Positions 51,174 to 64,000 of a stretch of 64,000 nt of DNA are shown here, one piece after another; the stretch's first letter is position 1; each line of letters begins with the position of its first letter. A program made the translations under genes and the position numbers. This stretch comes from Setoptus koraiensis (lineage: Eukaryota; Animalia; Arthropoda). The DNA lies in NCBI GenBank assembly GCA_048013815.1, contig CM106586.1:13020001-13084000 (forward strand), written 5' to 3'. The notes beneath the pieces were generated by a model. That model was not told the origin of the DNA. It worked only from the letters and a program-made list of their open reading frames with translations, and made no database searches.

Positions 51174-52317
51174 GCTAATGAGTAACTGCACGATTAGTTA
51201 GATGATGGATTTCTATTGTCGCCTATTATTATTGTTGTCGGTATTGTGGTGCTATGGACCTGTCGGAGTCACAAACACTGAAACATACTCCACTATCACC
51301 CCCTTTTTCGAGTTTTGATACAATTTTTCTTGACTCGAGGAAGCGAACAAAATCAAAAATTAGATCCAACACCAATTTATTCTGTTTTTTTTTTGCAATA
51401 TGTCGACGACTGTACTTTACAGTGACCAAGGAAGGATTATTGTCTGTAACAGATCTAGATAGATTATAGTGTCAACAGCGGCGTATATTAGTCCCCTGCA
51501 ACGATGATAAAGACTGATGAAATTATAAAAACATTTCGCAACGTGAACTCGTGGATATAATAATAATCTTTTATAAAAATCAGTGATGTGCACTGCGGGA
51601 GAGAGATTGAGAGAGGCCAAACAGAACGTATGATGGGGTTCCCATAGCAGTTCGTGGCATCTAGGCTCCAAAAAACTCCATATACCTTAGAAAAAACTCA
51701 AATTCTTGTGTTAAATACCACAGTTGTTAGAATACACCATATACGACACATATTGTAACGGCCTTGAGAGTAATCTGATGGCGGTGGTTGCTTCATGGCG
51801 TGATTCGCAAGGAGAACAGAACAAAATGATGTGAAAGATAGATAAGAGGGGCGATGGAGACAGTAGCATGTGCTACTGTCTTGCATATCTTTAGGAAACG
51901 TCTTATTCTAAAATTTACACAGTGATTATCATTGCTTGAATACAATACAAAAATATTAATAGGATAAAAAGAAAAGTTATCATTCTTCACCAATCCAGTT
52001 TCTGAGTTTGTTTAAAGTTCCGGCGTACTCCGCCTCAATATGCAGAAAAAACACCGGTGAAGGTTATGCAATATGTCACTCTTGATGTAAATTTATTGAT
52101 GCACAAACTGTGCTAGCGATCATTGAACACTCCTCATGATTAATTAAAATTCTTAATAATAAGATAGAAACGTACTCCACCCGATGTAGACGAGCATCAA
52201 TTATCACATCCGAACGTTTTGGCGTAAATTCTTCGGTCGGTTCTCACATTAACGGTGGTTGTAAGTAATCCTTTGCAAATAAATTTCTGGGCTGATGATG
52301 GGTCATTGGAATAATGT

Positions 52318-52743
52318 TCATCTAAACAAACTTGGCTTATACTCGTTATACTCGTGACTCATCAGTAATATTATGGATTTTACAGATTCATCATTCATAT
52401 AAGCAAAAATGGCAAATCCTAGAAGCAGATATAATTTCCAAGGTGCAAATATTTTTCTAATAACTTTTCCAATAAAACCAAAGAATTTTCCAATATAACT
52501 TCCACCACCGTTTCGTTGAGAGCTATGGTCATCTGTCCAATAATCATCAGTCCAATACTCATCAGGGTAGGGGTATGGATCATACATGGGCGCTGCATTT
52601 TGGCGCTCTCGCATCAAATCATCTAGGAGCCGTTCTTCTTCTAGCTGTTTTAGCTGCTCTAGCATCTTATCTATTAGGAAATGATTTTCTTCTTGTAGTT
52701 GTGCATGTTCTTGGATCGTGCATTTGCCGACACGTCGAGACAT
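52318..52743 (-). CDS. RING-less member of the array (paralog D): short coil, acidic PDEYWTDDYWTDD, C-terminal TM
   Basis: Shares the leader context (cagttgctcatcaccATG), the YLLLGFAIF TM motif and the 3' flank (aatttattgatgcacaaact at 52090 vs 50041) with its neighbours. Confidence 0.6.
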   Translation of the reverse strand: MSRRVGKCTIQEHAQLQEENHFLIDKMLEQLKQLEEERLLDDLMRERQNAAPMYDPYPYPDEYWTDDYWTDDHSSQRNGGGSYIGKFFGFIGKVIRKIFAPWKLYLLLGFAIFAYMNDESVKSIILLMSHEYNEYKPSLFR

Positions 52744-53056
52744 GGTGATGAGCAACTGCAATCAGATTCCGAATCCGTTAATGATGGTGATGAATATTCC
52801 TAATATCAGATGTGATAATATTGTTGGTTAATAGTGACGGTTGTTATCAGTGCCGATATGTTTTGCTGTGACTTGTATCGTTAACCGCTGACAAATATCT
52901 ATATTATATTATAACAAATAAGCAGACATTATAATTACATATTTAAACGTGAGCAGATTTTCAATGGCAAAGAATCGGGCGATGAAATTGAGATTTAATT
53001 CGGGAGACAATGATATACTGCGCTCGATCACATTGGGTATTCAAGAGATTCACGAT

Positions 53057-53516
53057 TAAAGATGGGGCAAATTTGTAGTTTGCACATGCAAAAATTTTCT
53101 GTGCCGATTTGCAAAATGTGCAAAGATGTAATTTTTTTTTTTGCATGTGCAAATTGCAGCAAATGTGCAAACCATTTGCACACATTTGCACATTTGCACG
53201 TGCAAATGTGTGCAAATTGTGCACATTTGCAGTGGACTATGTGCAAATTTACAAATTTTCAGGTGCAAATTTACAATTTGCACGTGCAAATTCTGCTGCA
53301 AGCGGACAGAATACCGAAACCCAAAATATAACTGCGACTGAAATTTGCACATGCAAGTTACAGTTTGCACATGCAAAGTGCAAATGTGTATGTGCAAATG
53401 ATTTGCACATTTGCTGCAATTTGCACATGCAAAAAAAAAAATTACATCTTTGCACATTTTGCAAATCGGCACAGAAAATTTTTGCATGTGCAAACTACAA
53501 ATTTGCCCCATCTTTA
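53057..53516. mobile_element. 460-bp MITE with ~125-bp near-perfect TIRs (TAAAGATGGGGC...) and an 8-bp TSD TTCACGAT; hAT-like
   Basis: TIRs are identical for ~115 nt. TSD at 53049-53056 and 53517-53524. The interior is built from TTTGCAC/GTGCAAA repeats. Confidence 0.93.
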
Positions 53517-54579
53517 TTCACGATCAAGACCGAGATCGGGCTCAGCTAATAATTGGGGCTCTATTGGGATAGCAATGAAATCACACAGGCAGGTTCCTCT
53601 CAGTCGACATGCAGCACTCTGCTTCGAGTGCTTGATACTTCAACGGCTTTAGATGCAGTTGCCGTCTCGACTATGGCGCCAATGATCGTGCTCGATATGA
53701 ACGAGAGCGACGTCACGTGCTTCTTCTCGTCGAGAAACCGGGCGCTGAACTTGAATTCTTGAATTTTTTATTTTTTTGCTCTCATGAAATATCAGATCTA
53801 TTTTCGCTTTCATGCAATATTATTGAGCGGAAATAATCCGTATAGCATTGATTGAGACCAACTACTGTGACTCCACAAGACTGGAAGCAAGCGCTCCAAC
53901 GGTTTTGATGAACAGAGACTCAAAGCTTTCGGTTTCGAACGACATCAAACTGGCTTCTATTTCCACAGATCTCCACGAGACAATGTTGCTAATACGATTC
54001 TCTGAAAGGATACCTGTTGACATCCAAATGAGGTGGCTCGAGCGGTAGAGAGGCAATATCTGCCAGCAGATACATCGATAGATCATAAATTATCAATGTC
54101 TACATTTGAAAAGGAAGTAGGCTTTAGTTACTTCCTTCATGTTATGTCGCGAGATGGCCTAGGCGCAGTCAGTTTTTCTACTGTTGAACAACTTGTAGAT
54201 TCATGTTCTTGAGACAACACTCACAAGTTGTCTGTGGCATTTATTCTCAAAATATAATACAAATGTGTGCAGCGGTCACGAGATGCATTACATATTTTAA
54301 ACGCACTCCAACTTAGGAGCCTCCAATATTCCGATGATCCTGCCCAACAGATGCTAAAATATAGTGGAGAAACGTTCCTAGACCGAATGACAAGCCCAAA
54401 CCTCCACATTCTATTCAGACAACCACTGTCAACATCACCGAAGGTCTATCCTCTATCGCAGCTATTCTCTACCACCTTTGATCAACCGGGGCTGCCACCA
54501 CTCCAAATCATCACGATCAGCATGAAGAGTCAAGAAAACCCGAAAAAAGGGAGCAATCCAAAATATCAACCAAGTTGCT

Positions 54580-55176
54580 CTAATCAAACGTGCAACTGAA
54601 AAGCATATACGATATCATAATAATATATAATAACATGGTAATAACAAAAATAATTAGACCATAATCTCCATTATTCTGGCACAAATGATTAAGATCGGCT
54701 CCCGATGCTAGCCTATTGTCACCGTCCATATCGGAAGGCTCAATCCTTTGGCCTGGAGGTCGGGGAGGTAATTTATCTCTAGGGTCCTGCCTATTTGTAT
54801 CATCTCCACCCCGACCATATATAGGAATCACTTTATCTCTACTTATTGCTGCCTTACATACTGGACAAGAGCGATTTTGAGTGCCATCAGCCGTTGATAA
54901 CCATTGATGTAAACAGGGCCAACAAAATAGATGACCACACATGCTAACAACGGCATCTTTGGCTGTGTCAAGGCAAATATTACATTCGAACACTTGATTA
55001 TCTGGACTTGGTTCATCATTGCTGGCTTTCGTTGAGCTGGATGTTTCTTGGAGTCGCTGTTGGAGTTGTTTTCTTGACTGTTGGTTGCATCCTCTCTTTT
55101 GTTTAAGTTGATTATTAAGTTTTTGCCATCGCTTCCGCCGTTGTGGCTGTGATGACCCCACTCCTGCATTATCCAT
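54580..55176 (-). CDS. RNF5/RNF185-derived paralog E: RING-HC with a novel C-terminal TM (198 aa)
   Basis: RING and [14 protein letters not shown] are identical to paralog F; the C-terminus is replaced by [22 protein letters not shown]. Confidence 0.88.
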   Translation of the reverse strand: MDNAGVGSSQPQRRKRWQKLNNQLKQKRGCNQQSRKQLQQRLQETSSSTKASNDEPSPDNQVFECNICLDTAKDAVVSMCGHLFCWPCLHQWLSTADGTQNRSCPVCKAAISRDKVIPIYGRGGDDTNRQDPRDKLPPRPPGQRIEPSDMDGDNRLASGADLNHLCQNNGDYGLIIFVITMLLYIIMISYMLFSCTFD

Positions 55177-56877
55177 TCTGCGTGTTAATTATTGTTGTCG
55201 TTGCTGCCGAACTCATCGCTGGCATCTATTGCTGTTGCTAACAAAAACACCTATTCGACCAACCAACCGCTAACCCTCTTTATATGCTTTCTTTTATTTC
55301 CGAACCCACAACTCACTCGGATAAAAAAGAGCTGTAGCTACCACCGATTTTTTCTGTGCTTCACGGTGGCCAACAAATCACTACCTTGAAAAAGATCACG
55401 ATAATAGTGTTGGGGGAAAATGGATCCCACGCATTGGAAACCGGGAGATGTCTCCTGGGTAGAAATTTCATGCTTGGACATCCCATTTCTCCCAGTCTCC
55501 CGTGGGGCCTCCCGTTGTCCTATTTTCTTCCAGTCTCCCGCGCGCTCTTGTACAGGATGAAAATAAAAACATAAACATAAAATAGACAAAAAATGACATG
55601 AATACAGACACAAAAAATATCCAGTATTGAAGAGACACGCCGTAAAAATCGACCTATAGACAATCTATTTACACAAAGTTCCCACCAAACTGCAAACTTT
55701 TTTTCTGAGTGACTTTCTATGCACACGGCAGGTAGCTTTTCTTCCAGAGAATATTAGTCAGAGGTAAGGGTTGGCAAGGATTCCATCATTACGCGCCATG
55801 ATAAGTTTGGATACATTTCCATTGGCAAAGAACCACTTTCGCTGAATTTTGACGGGAGAATCAGTTTTGCATTGAAAATTCTACTTTTAATTATGTCTAT
55901 AGCGCTGCATACAATCATGGAATCTTTGCCAACATTATGCGAAGATACCTGGTTCAACGGAAATTCTTTTTCCGACCATCACTTTATCTACCGATTAACC
56001 ATACGGTAGATACGAATAACACTAACTGAGTCTTCGAAGAGTTTTCCCAGCACCTGATTGGGTACGTTAGTTGATACGTCAAAACATGTTGAAAGACGAT
56101 TGAACAATCAATCAGATAATGGTGATGATTCTGTCTCTCACGATCGCAAAAATAAATTTACTAATCGCGTTGTGCTTTTTTCTCTAGCGAGAAAACGAGC
56201 TCCCAACTTGAAAGAAACTTCTCTACAAAACTGTTCAAAACTCATAGATTCATGTTCGGAACGCATCACTCAATAGCATTTATTTACAAAATATAGTCCA
56301 CACATCTGTAAAGGTTATATCATGAAGTACATATTTGATGTTCAAATTATGAACTGAGATTGACTATACACAAACTATCCTAGTGATCATCAAACTTTCT
56401 TTTTGTCATATAATTCCATCACCATTATAAACCAACTCTACTCAAGTGAGGGTTCAGACGAGCATCGATTCTCACATGCGGACTAAATGTGTCAGTGTCT
56501 ATTAGTTCTTTCGATTGGAATCGAAAATGATACTTCATAAATAGATTGGTGGCGTGGTGGTCATTGAAGTAGCCTCAGTCCTGTTTTTAGATTCATAATG
56601 TGAGTTACTTGTCCCCATGATCGATATAAATTATATACAAATTCTCTCGCCGCCCTCCTTTAGAATCGTTCGATATGATTTGTTTTGATGCCACTAGTTT
56701 GTATAAAATATAGTTGATATGCATGGAGATTTTACAGTGTCATCTAGGTACACCTTTTTTCTCATACTAGATACGTGCACCTGTCATAACATGGGCATGC
56801 ACAATTCTTGCATAGTCAATGGATGTGCCTGCATATTGTACAGTATATGTGACAATTTAATGTATCTTATGATATCA

Positions 56878-57495
56878 TCAAAATATCATAAGAAGCCATG
56901 TGATAAAGGCGAATCCTAATAACAGAAAAAAATGCTCCCTCCAAAAGTCACCGTCGCGGGGACTTCTAAGATTACTGTAATCTTGCCAAACAGAGGCTAT
57001 AGGTGCAAATATGTTGTGAGGGAAAGTTCCTATACCGAATGACATGTGAAAGCCTCCATCACCGAACCCGAAAAACGGTCCACCGTTGACACCACCAAAG
57101 GTTCCCCACGGCCCATTATAGCCGCCCATATCGGGAGGCTCAGTCCTTTGGCCTGGAGGTCGGGGAGGTAATTTATCTCTAGGGTCCTGCCTATTTGTAT
57201 CATCTCCACCCCGACCATATATAGGAATCACTTTATCTCTACTTATTGCTGCCTTACATACTGGACAAGAGCGATTTTGAGTGCCATCAGCCGTTGATAA
57301 CCATTGATGTAAACAGGGCCAACAAAATAGATGACCACACATGCTAACAACGGCATCTTTGGCTGTGTCAAGGCAAATATTACATTCGAACACTTGATTA
57401 TCTGGACTTGGTTCATCATTGCTGGCTTTCGTTGAGCTGGATGTTTCTTGGAGTCGCTGTTGCTGATCATCCGTCTTCTTTGAATCTATTCGCAA
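56878..57495 (-). CDS. Canonical RNF5/RNF185-like ERAD E3 (paralog F, probable parent); 5' end unresolved
   Basis: [27 protein letters not shown] and [15 protein letters not shown] are typical of the family. No in-frame ATG upstream of the RING (57495 is TTG). Confidence 0.88.
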   Translation of the reverse strand: MRIDSKKTDDQQQRLQETSSSTKASNDEPSPDNQVFECNICLDTAKDAVVSMCGHLFCWPCLHQWLSTADGTQNRSCPVCKAAISRDKVIPIYGRGGDDTNRQDPRDKLPPRPPGQRTEPPDMGGYNGPWGTFGGVNGGPFFGFGDGGFHMSFGIGTFPHNIFAPIASVWQDYSNLRSPRDGDFWREHFFLLLGFAFITWLLMIF

Positions 57496-57649
57496 TTGTA
57501 GTCGTTCATAAAGGTTGTTTGTTATGTAATGTTCATGTATTTATATATTTATATATATATGTGTATGGATATCATAAAGAAAAGAGAGAATTAAAGATAA
57601 AATTTCATGATTAAATACTTTGTTAATGTGTACGAGAAATAGATTAGCT

Positions 57650-58660
57650 TCACGGAGTTTTATTTGGTTTTGCAACGAAAGAGTCCCAGTTTTCTGGATT
57701 CTCGGGCCTCATAGGGTTCAATGAATCAATGAGCTCTTTTATATCTACTTCGCGAAATGTTTCATAATCAATGATATTCCGCATGTTGATTGGACTGTCC
57801 TCAGTTGCACTCTTTAAATTGTATGATACGACGGCTATATGTCTCTCATCTAGGGCACATTCATCGAATAGCCAAGTGGAATCTTGTACGAGTCTACCAT
57901 TGTTAGCCCAGTCTACCTTGACAGTTGTGTCTCTCAGTGGCTGCCTAACGAAACTGTCAGTGTTGGAAATGTCAAGTGGCGAAAGACAGCTAAATGAGAT
58001 TCTATTTAAACCAAAAGATAGACCAGATCCTTCCGCTTTAATGAAGCTCTCTTTTAAACTCCACAATCTTGTGAAATTTATGCATTTCTCCAAATTTGTT
58101 TTAGAATTAACCACTAAACTCCATTCGTCTGGCAGGAATTCTCTCCTTGACATTAAAGTGAAGAATCGCGATAGTTCTTGTTCGTTCTTCTTTCTAAAGA
58201 TTTGTTGAACATCAGCACCAACAACAATCTGGTAGCGTTGATCGTTGTCGTGATAGTTGCCACTAGACAATGGACCATCAAACCTAGTCATTATGCCGGC
58301 CAATATACAATAATCGCCCGAATGGGATATATTGAAATCCAACGAGTTCACTGAGCGTCTTTGAGCAACTTCTTCGAAGAACTCAGGTAACAATATTGGC
58401 CTGCCCTTAGTTGTTCTGGTGAACCTAACTAGGTCTGATGGTACCCATAATTTTCGACTGACAAAACTGTGTAGTAAGGCTTGTCCAATGAGGGTGCTCT
58501 TGGTGTCCTCCTTAAAGACAAATTTATTTATTCGTGTTAGCTCTTCACTAGGGACGCTGGAGGTCAATTTGAGCCACTGCTCTCTTGTTGGATGCCATAT
58601 TGAGGTATTGATGTACCATTTGATGCATTCTATTATCATTCTATTATTCATTATTATCAT
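57650..58660 (-). CDS. AASDHPPT: Sfp-type 4'-phosphopantetheinyl transferase (AASDHPPT/Lys5)
   Basis: TLIGQALL, RTTKGRP, DFNISHSGDYCIL, VGADV, RLWSLKESFIKAEGSGL motifs. Confidence 0.93.
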   Translation of the reverse strand: MIIMNNRMIIECIKWYINTSIWHPTREQWLKLTSSVPSEELTRINKFVFKEDTKSTLIGQALLHSFVSRKLWVPSDLVRFTRTTKGRPILLPEFFEEVAQRRSVNSLDFNISHSGDYCILAGIMTRFDGPLSSGNYHDNDQRYQIVVGADVQQIFRKKNEQELSRFFTLMSRREFLPDEWSLVVNSKTNLEKCINFTRLWSLKESFIKAEGSGLSFGLNRISFSCLSPLDISNTDSFVRQPLRDTTVKVDWANNGRLVQDSTWLFDECALDERHIAVVSYNLKSATEDSPINMRNIIDYETFREVDIKELIDSLNPMRPENPENWDSFVAKPNKTP

Positions 58661-59970
58661 GAACTAACCTGATCTGATGGACATGGTATCGTCTTATCTA
58701 ATAACAATATTTCGCTAGTGCCTGCCGTTCGTCTATTTTATGTGTCTTATTTTGTGCTGATGTATATAATTGATTCCAGCAATTTAAAATGGGTCAATGA
58801 TAGTATTATTTCAATACAATAATAATAATAATGGCGCCCTCAATTTGCTATTCTTCTGTGTATGTGTGTAATAAGATGGTGCGAAAATTAATATTATTAA
58901 TAATGATAATAACAATGTACAAACAATCAAGTGATTATTTTTATAGGATCATCTTGTTAAATGTTCACCATTTCTCATTGTAAGAGACATATTTGAAATG
59001 ATATATAAATAATAATAATAATAATACATGAAAATTAACAAGTTGCAAGAAGCTGCAGCGCACAGGCTCCGCTCCATTATTTTTGTTGTTGTGCACAGAA
59101 CCACCATATGATTTTAATTATAAATAAAACAACGCACAGTTTTACAGAAATGCCCAAATCAAATACCACTCCACAACATTCACTCGGATATAAATTAGTG
59201 GATAATTATTAGATTCAGGCAAATATTATCTCTGCACTTCGGCCAGACAGTACAGACAATAGCCCTATCTGGGACACAAGATTTGAAGGTGCGTACCGGC
59301 GGAACAAAACAATCAAATTGACGAAAGATATTAGATAGGCCCTAAAAAAGACGTTGTGAAAACAAATCAAAAACCTCGAGGGGTCCGAATCAGCCTTGTC
59401 ATTCTTATCAGTCAGCATTGCTTTTGCGGATCAGTCCTGCGACTGATCCTCTTTCTATGATTGAAATCCAAAAACAGCCTTCTATTCAACCTCAAATATG
59501 ACCAAATTCTTGTCGTAGGATGTGCAAGTCGCAAGTTACATGTATTGGTATCAACGTATAAATTGTTATCTTTAATACTTGTATCTTAAATTACTATTCT
59601 TATGATATATACTTCTATATCACCTATGTCTACGAATTGAACAGAAAGTTTAGGACCACGTTAGAGCGAACAAATGCTGTAATGACGCAGTAAACTCTCT
59701 GTTTGACACGCTAATCATCACAGATAGGGTATTGTATAAAGCTTCCTCCTGAAGATCTTGGTCACTTGAATTATATATAGTGTGGTCATTGGTTTGGCAG
59801 ATCATGGTCATAATATAGTGTACTAATAATACTCTCTAATTGTATGTCCATCCAATTGACAGGTAGCCTTGGCCAGGCACAACATTTACATAACATGATG
59901 AGATATTTTTGTTGACAATATGTTGCTAACTGCCAAGATATTCTGCCTGGTCGAATACATGTTGCGCAAT

Positions 59971-61706
59971 TTATATGTCATTCACGAAAGGCTTCAAGCC
60001 ATCCAAGTCGCTACGTCTCTTCTTGAAGACAATCAGCACCAAGGTTGCAATTATGATGACTGTTGAGATGGTCAATCCTAAACATATAACTGTTAGCGCC
60101 CATATTGGTAATTTTATGAAAGAGTTCTCAACCAATCTGGTATAATGATCAGAGGAATGAACGGAAACATCCATATCATGGATATTGTTTTTGATGTTGT
60201 ATTTGTTAGGAGATTGAAGTCGACTGGGGCTCAAAACAAATGTTTCTTTTGGCCGAACATGGCGGATCTCCGGCACGCCTAGATCGACAAAGTGAAAACC
60301 ATAGACTGTTGGTGTCTCTACTATCAGCACACCATCACTTTCTGGTCTTTGACTATTGATACAATTGTCCAGGTAGCTTTGTTGTGTTGATTGAGATATG
60401 TCAATACTAGACAGAGATCTCCTTTTAATGTCACTGAAAAAGAGACGACCTTTGATCAGTTTCATAGAGAACGGTTCTAGTAGATTGCGTCTTGATTTCA
60501 ACTGAGTGACACATCTTCTATCGGTACCTTCGTATGTGCTAGACAAAACCGTTCCCCCTCCAGTGATCCAATAGATTCGTTTGGCCTCTTTGTCCATGGT
60601 GAGCGTGACAGGTAGGTCGTTGTCATCTATGACGCTATTGAGATGACGCCTAAGGCCAGTCTTTAAATTGATAACATTCATTTTGGAGTACTTGTCCAGG
60701 AAAGCAATCAAGTTGGCTTGATAGTCCACTTGTAGAGAAGTTGCCGGGCCTTCGCTGAGTGCATAACATCTTTCGGGCGTATTTATGTCTGTCAAACTCA
60801 TCAGACACAACTGATGACCAAGTGAACTCTTGAAACTAACAAAGAGTTTCTTGGCGGCCCTGTCAATGGTGAAATCATAGGCACTAATGTTTCTCTGCGA
60901 TAGGTGAGATCGAGAGAATCATAGTAAAATGGAGGTTAGACTCGCCGATGACAACAAGGAAACATCAATGAGACAGTCTACTTATTATGCAATGTGCGTC
61001 TTACCTGCGGTATGATAGAGCGATCGTCATGATGTAGAATTGGATTTAATTTGTGTCTTGCATTCAGATTGATGGGAGTTCCTCTGTAAGTAGAATACGA
61101 AGATGTTGAAGTTGACGCTGATGATTTCAGTAGTTCGTTAGTGTGATGTGTGTGGCCAACGGCTGACTTGTAGATATTTTGAGAATTTGTGTCGAGCCAT
61201 AGAACAGTTAATTGAGCTGCCAGTGGCAATTGTTGGCTAAGTGTGCTGTTGTTATCATTGTTGATAGGTGTCTCATGATAGTAATCAATGGTAGTTATCC
61301 ATTTATCATAATCACTGATACCATTGTTTGACGACGAATCTCTGAGTAAGCGATTATTGTTGTTGTTACTTGAGCCAGATGAGGGGGGCGCCCCGACAAA
61401 GATTTTGATATCGTTTCCAGTTGACAAGAGGATAGCTAAATGGTGAAATTGACGAAGATAAGTGGACAATGGATTAGCGAAATGATTAGCGAATGGACAA
61501 TAATTATAATGGTTAGGTAGCGACAGTGGTGACACTGTTATAGCTGGTGTGTGTGTACCTTTGCCCTCTAGTTCATTGATGATACTGCTGCTGCTGCTGC
61601 TGGTTGGTGTTACCGCTGACAGGTATTCCGGCTTGTGACATATTAATAGTAGGAGGAAGCTGGCCAGAGCTGCAAATGTGCTACGATCAATAGTTGTGGC
61701 ACGCAT
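59971..61706 (-). CDS. Type-I membrane protein with a degenerate YWTD/LDLR-class-B propeller; exons 61706-61005 and 60894-59971 (~541 aa)
   Basis: Signal-like N-terminus; phase-0 GT-AG intron (CAG|gtaaga ... cgcag|AGA); MDKEAKRIYWIT, SSTYEGTDRR, GRLFFSD repeats; TM IWALTVICLGLTISTVIIIATLVLIVF followed by KKRR. Confidence 0.7.
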
Positions 61707-63190
61707 AATAATGTCGAGGATGTGCCCTGTTAGCTGGCGATGGCTACAGTGATTAACGGCAATTGTGTCTCGAGTTGGCCGGCTCTTTAGTTTGAGTGAT
61801 AGGTAGCGGGAATGTCGTTGGCCGGCCTAATTGACGCTCGTTGATTGTGTGGCTCGATTATTGATTCTGGGTCATTCGATCAACTAGCGGACCGTTTGCC
61901 ACACACAATAATCAGACTAATCAGAATGATATGGACGGAAAACTGGTTTCGCTGACACACTCAAATCAATTGCCTAAGGTGGCCGTGTATCAATCTTTGA
62001 TTGATGTGCGATGTGCGATGTTCGGTTTCGACTGACGATATCAGTTTAATTCCGATATTTTTGATACTTTCGACGATTTTGAATATTTCGATATTTTTGA
62101 TAGTGTCGATAATATTGATAATTTTAATCTAATAAATTTAATTTCGAATTGATTCAAATAGTATATCAATGGCATACAGCGATGTCTGCGGGGGCGTACA
62201 AATGCTCGGAGTGGTTACATGAATGATCGCTGCTTCGAGACAATGAGAACCATAGAGGTCGCGTGACACATATGCACTTGGTTGGCTCAAGTCCTTCACC
62301 ATGCGACATATAGCGAGTGTGTTCGGCGTGCCGCGACAGAATTTCTGAATTATATCTGAATAATGTGAATATTGTGAATATAGCGAGCATTTGCGCTGGG
62401 CAACACACAGTGAAAACGAAGCCACATAGGCCAATTCTAATTATAAATAGGCGGCTTGCGAGCGATCATGTTACGCAAGAGTAGCATATATTTGCATTTT
62501 GGCGCACAGATTGCGCACACCTCGCACACCATTTGACACACGTATATGGTACACACATAGCATGTAAATGTTTGGCAAGACCGCCTCTTGTGAGCCTGAG
62601 TCGCTATGCGACCGGCACTGGCACAGGCTCAGGCACACTGGCACAGACGCCGGCACAAATCGAGCTGGCTGCGCGCAATCTTGTCGTAGATCTAGACACT
62701 ACCCTATTCTAGATATATATAGTCCTTGTGTGCAGTCGACAGGCGCAAGTGAGCCAAGGGCAGTCATAGGACAAACTTGTGGTCACGTTCACTTGTAAGT
62801 CATTTCAATCGCTACACAGTCAAACGCACTGTGTGATACAATAACGATATAAAATGAATTATCATAAGTTACTTTTTCTCTTCTTGTTGTTACGTAAGCG
62901 CCATTGTGCGCAAACTCGCACCCTAGGATTAAGGCGGCAAGCGCCTAGCTCCTGTGAGTCACAGACCTAGCCATCGCGATAAGACAGCGAGTCGGGCGCC
63001 AAATTTGAACTGAATTCGACTTGAAGTCGACGGCTTCAAGTCGGCGACTTGGCCAAGGGGGCCAATCTTGACAATGGAAACAGAAGAGGCCGACAAATCT
63101 GCAAAACGGTTGCACGGAATATACTTCAATTGATTTTATTCACTATGTTTATATGTACATATATATTATAATAGTGTGTCGTAAATCTAA

Positions 63191-64000
<810 letters not shown>

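Noticed and set aside
53028-53652. Cys/His-rich ORFs resembling zinc fingers
   Set aside because: Translations of the TTTGCAC repeats in the MITE; the same peptide appears on both strands because of the TIRs.
55754-56266. 171-codon ATG-to-TAA minus-strand frame with four internal stops, as a pseudogene or readthrough gene
   Set aside because: No recognisable domain, and four stops in 170 codons is not clearly different from chance in AT-rich DNA.

Overview
This is eukaryotic (animal) DNA from a compact, intron-poor, microsatellite-rich genome. The style suggests a small-genome arthropod such as an acariform mite, but that is inference only. Layout: 1-3.7 kb holds a tandemly duplicated small secreted-peptide gene; 3736-4235 is an assembly gap; 4.2-7.4 kb is a TTCGAA-rich repeat and transposon-like cluster; 7.4-18.8 kb has no recognisable gene. 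Then come a tandem duplication of an RNF38/44-like E3 and RBBP4 tail-to-tail pair (one RBBP4 copy decayed), synaptophysin-like, mRpS10, a giant GRL101/LGR-type GPCR, axonemal dynein p28 (DNALI1, 4 exons), a Tret1-like sugar transporter, a small C2H2 protein and folliculin. After these lie an array of six domain-shuffled RNF5/RNF185-derived genes containing a MITE, a 4'-phosphopantetheinyl transferase, a YWTD-like membrane protein and the 3' end of a SoxD gene. The two most unusual items are (a) the GPCR, which carries CUB, C-type lectin, LDLa, a Caspr-like fibrinogen module, LRRs, a 7TM and an apparent pseudokinase fragment in its cytoplasmic tail, and (b) the rapidly remodelling RNF5/185 plus polyQ coiled-coil array. 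All assignments are from motif recognition by eye; no database searches were run.
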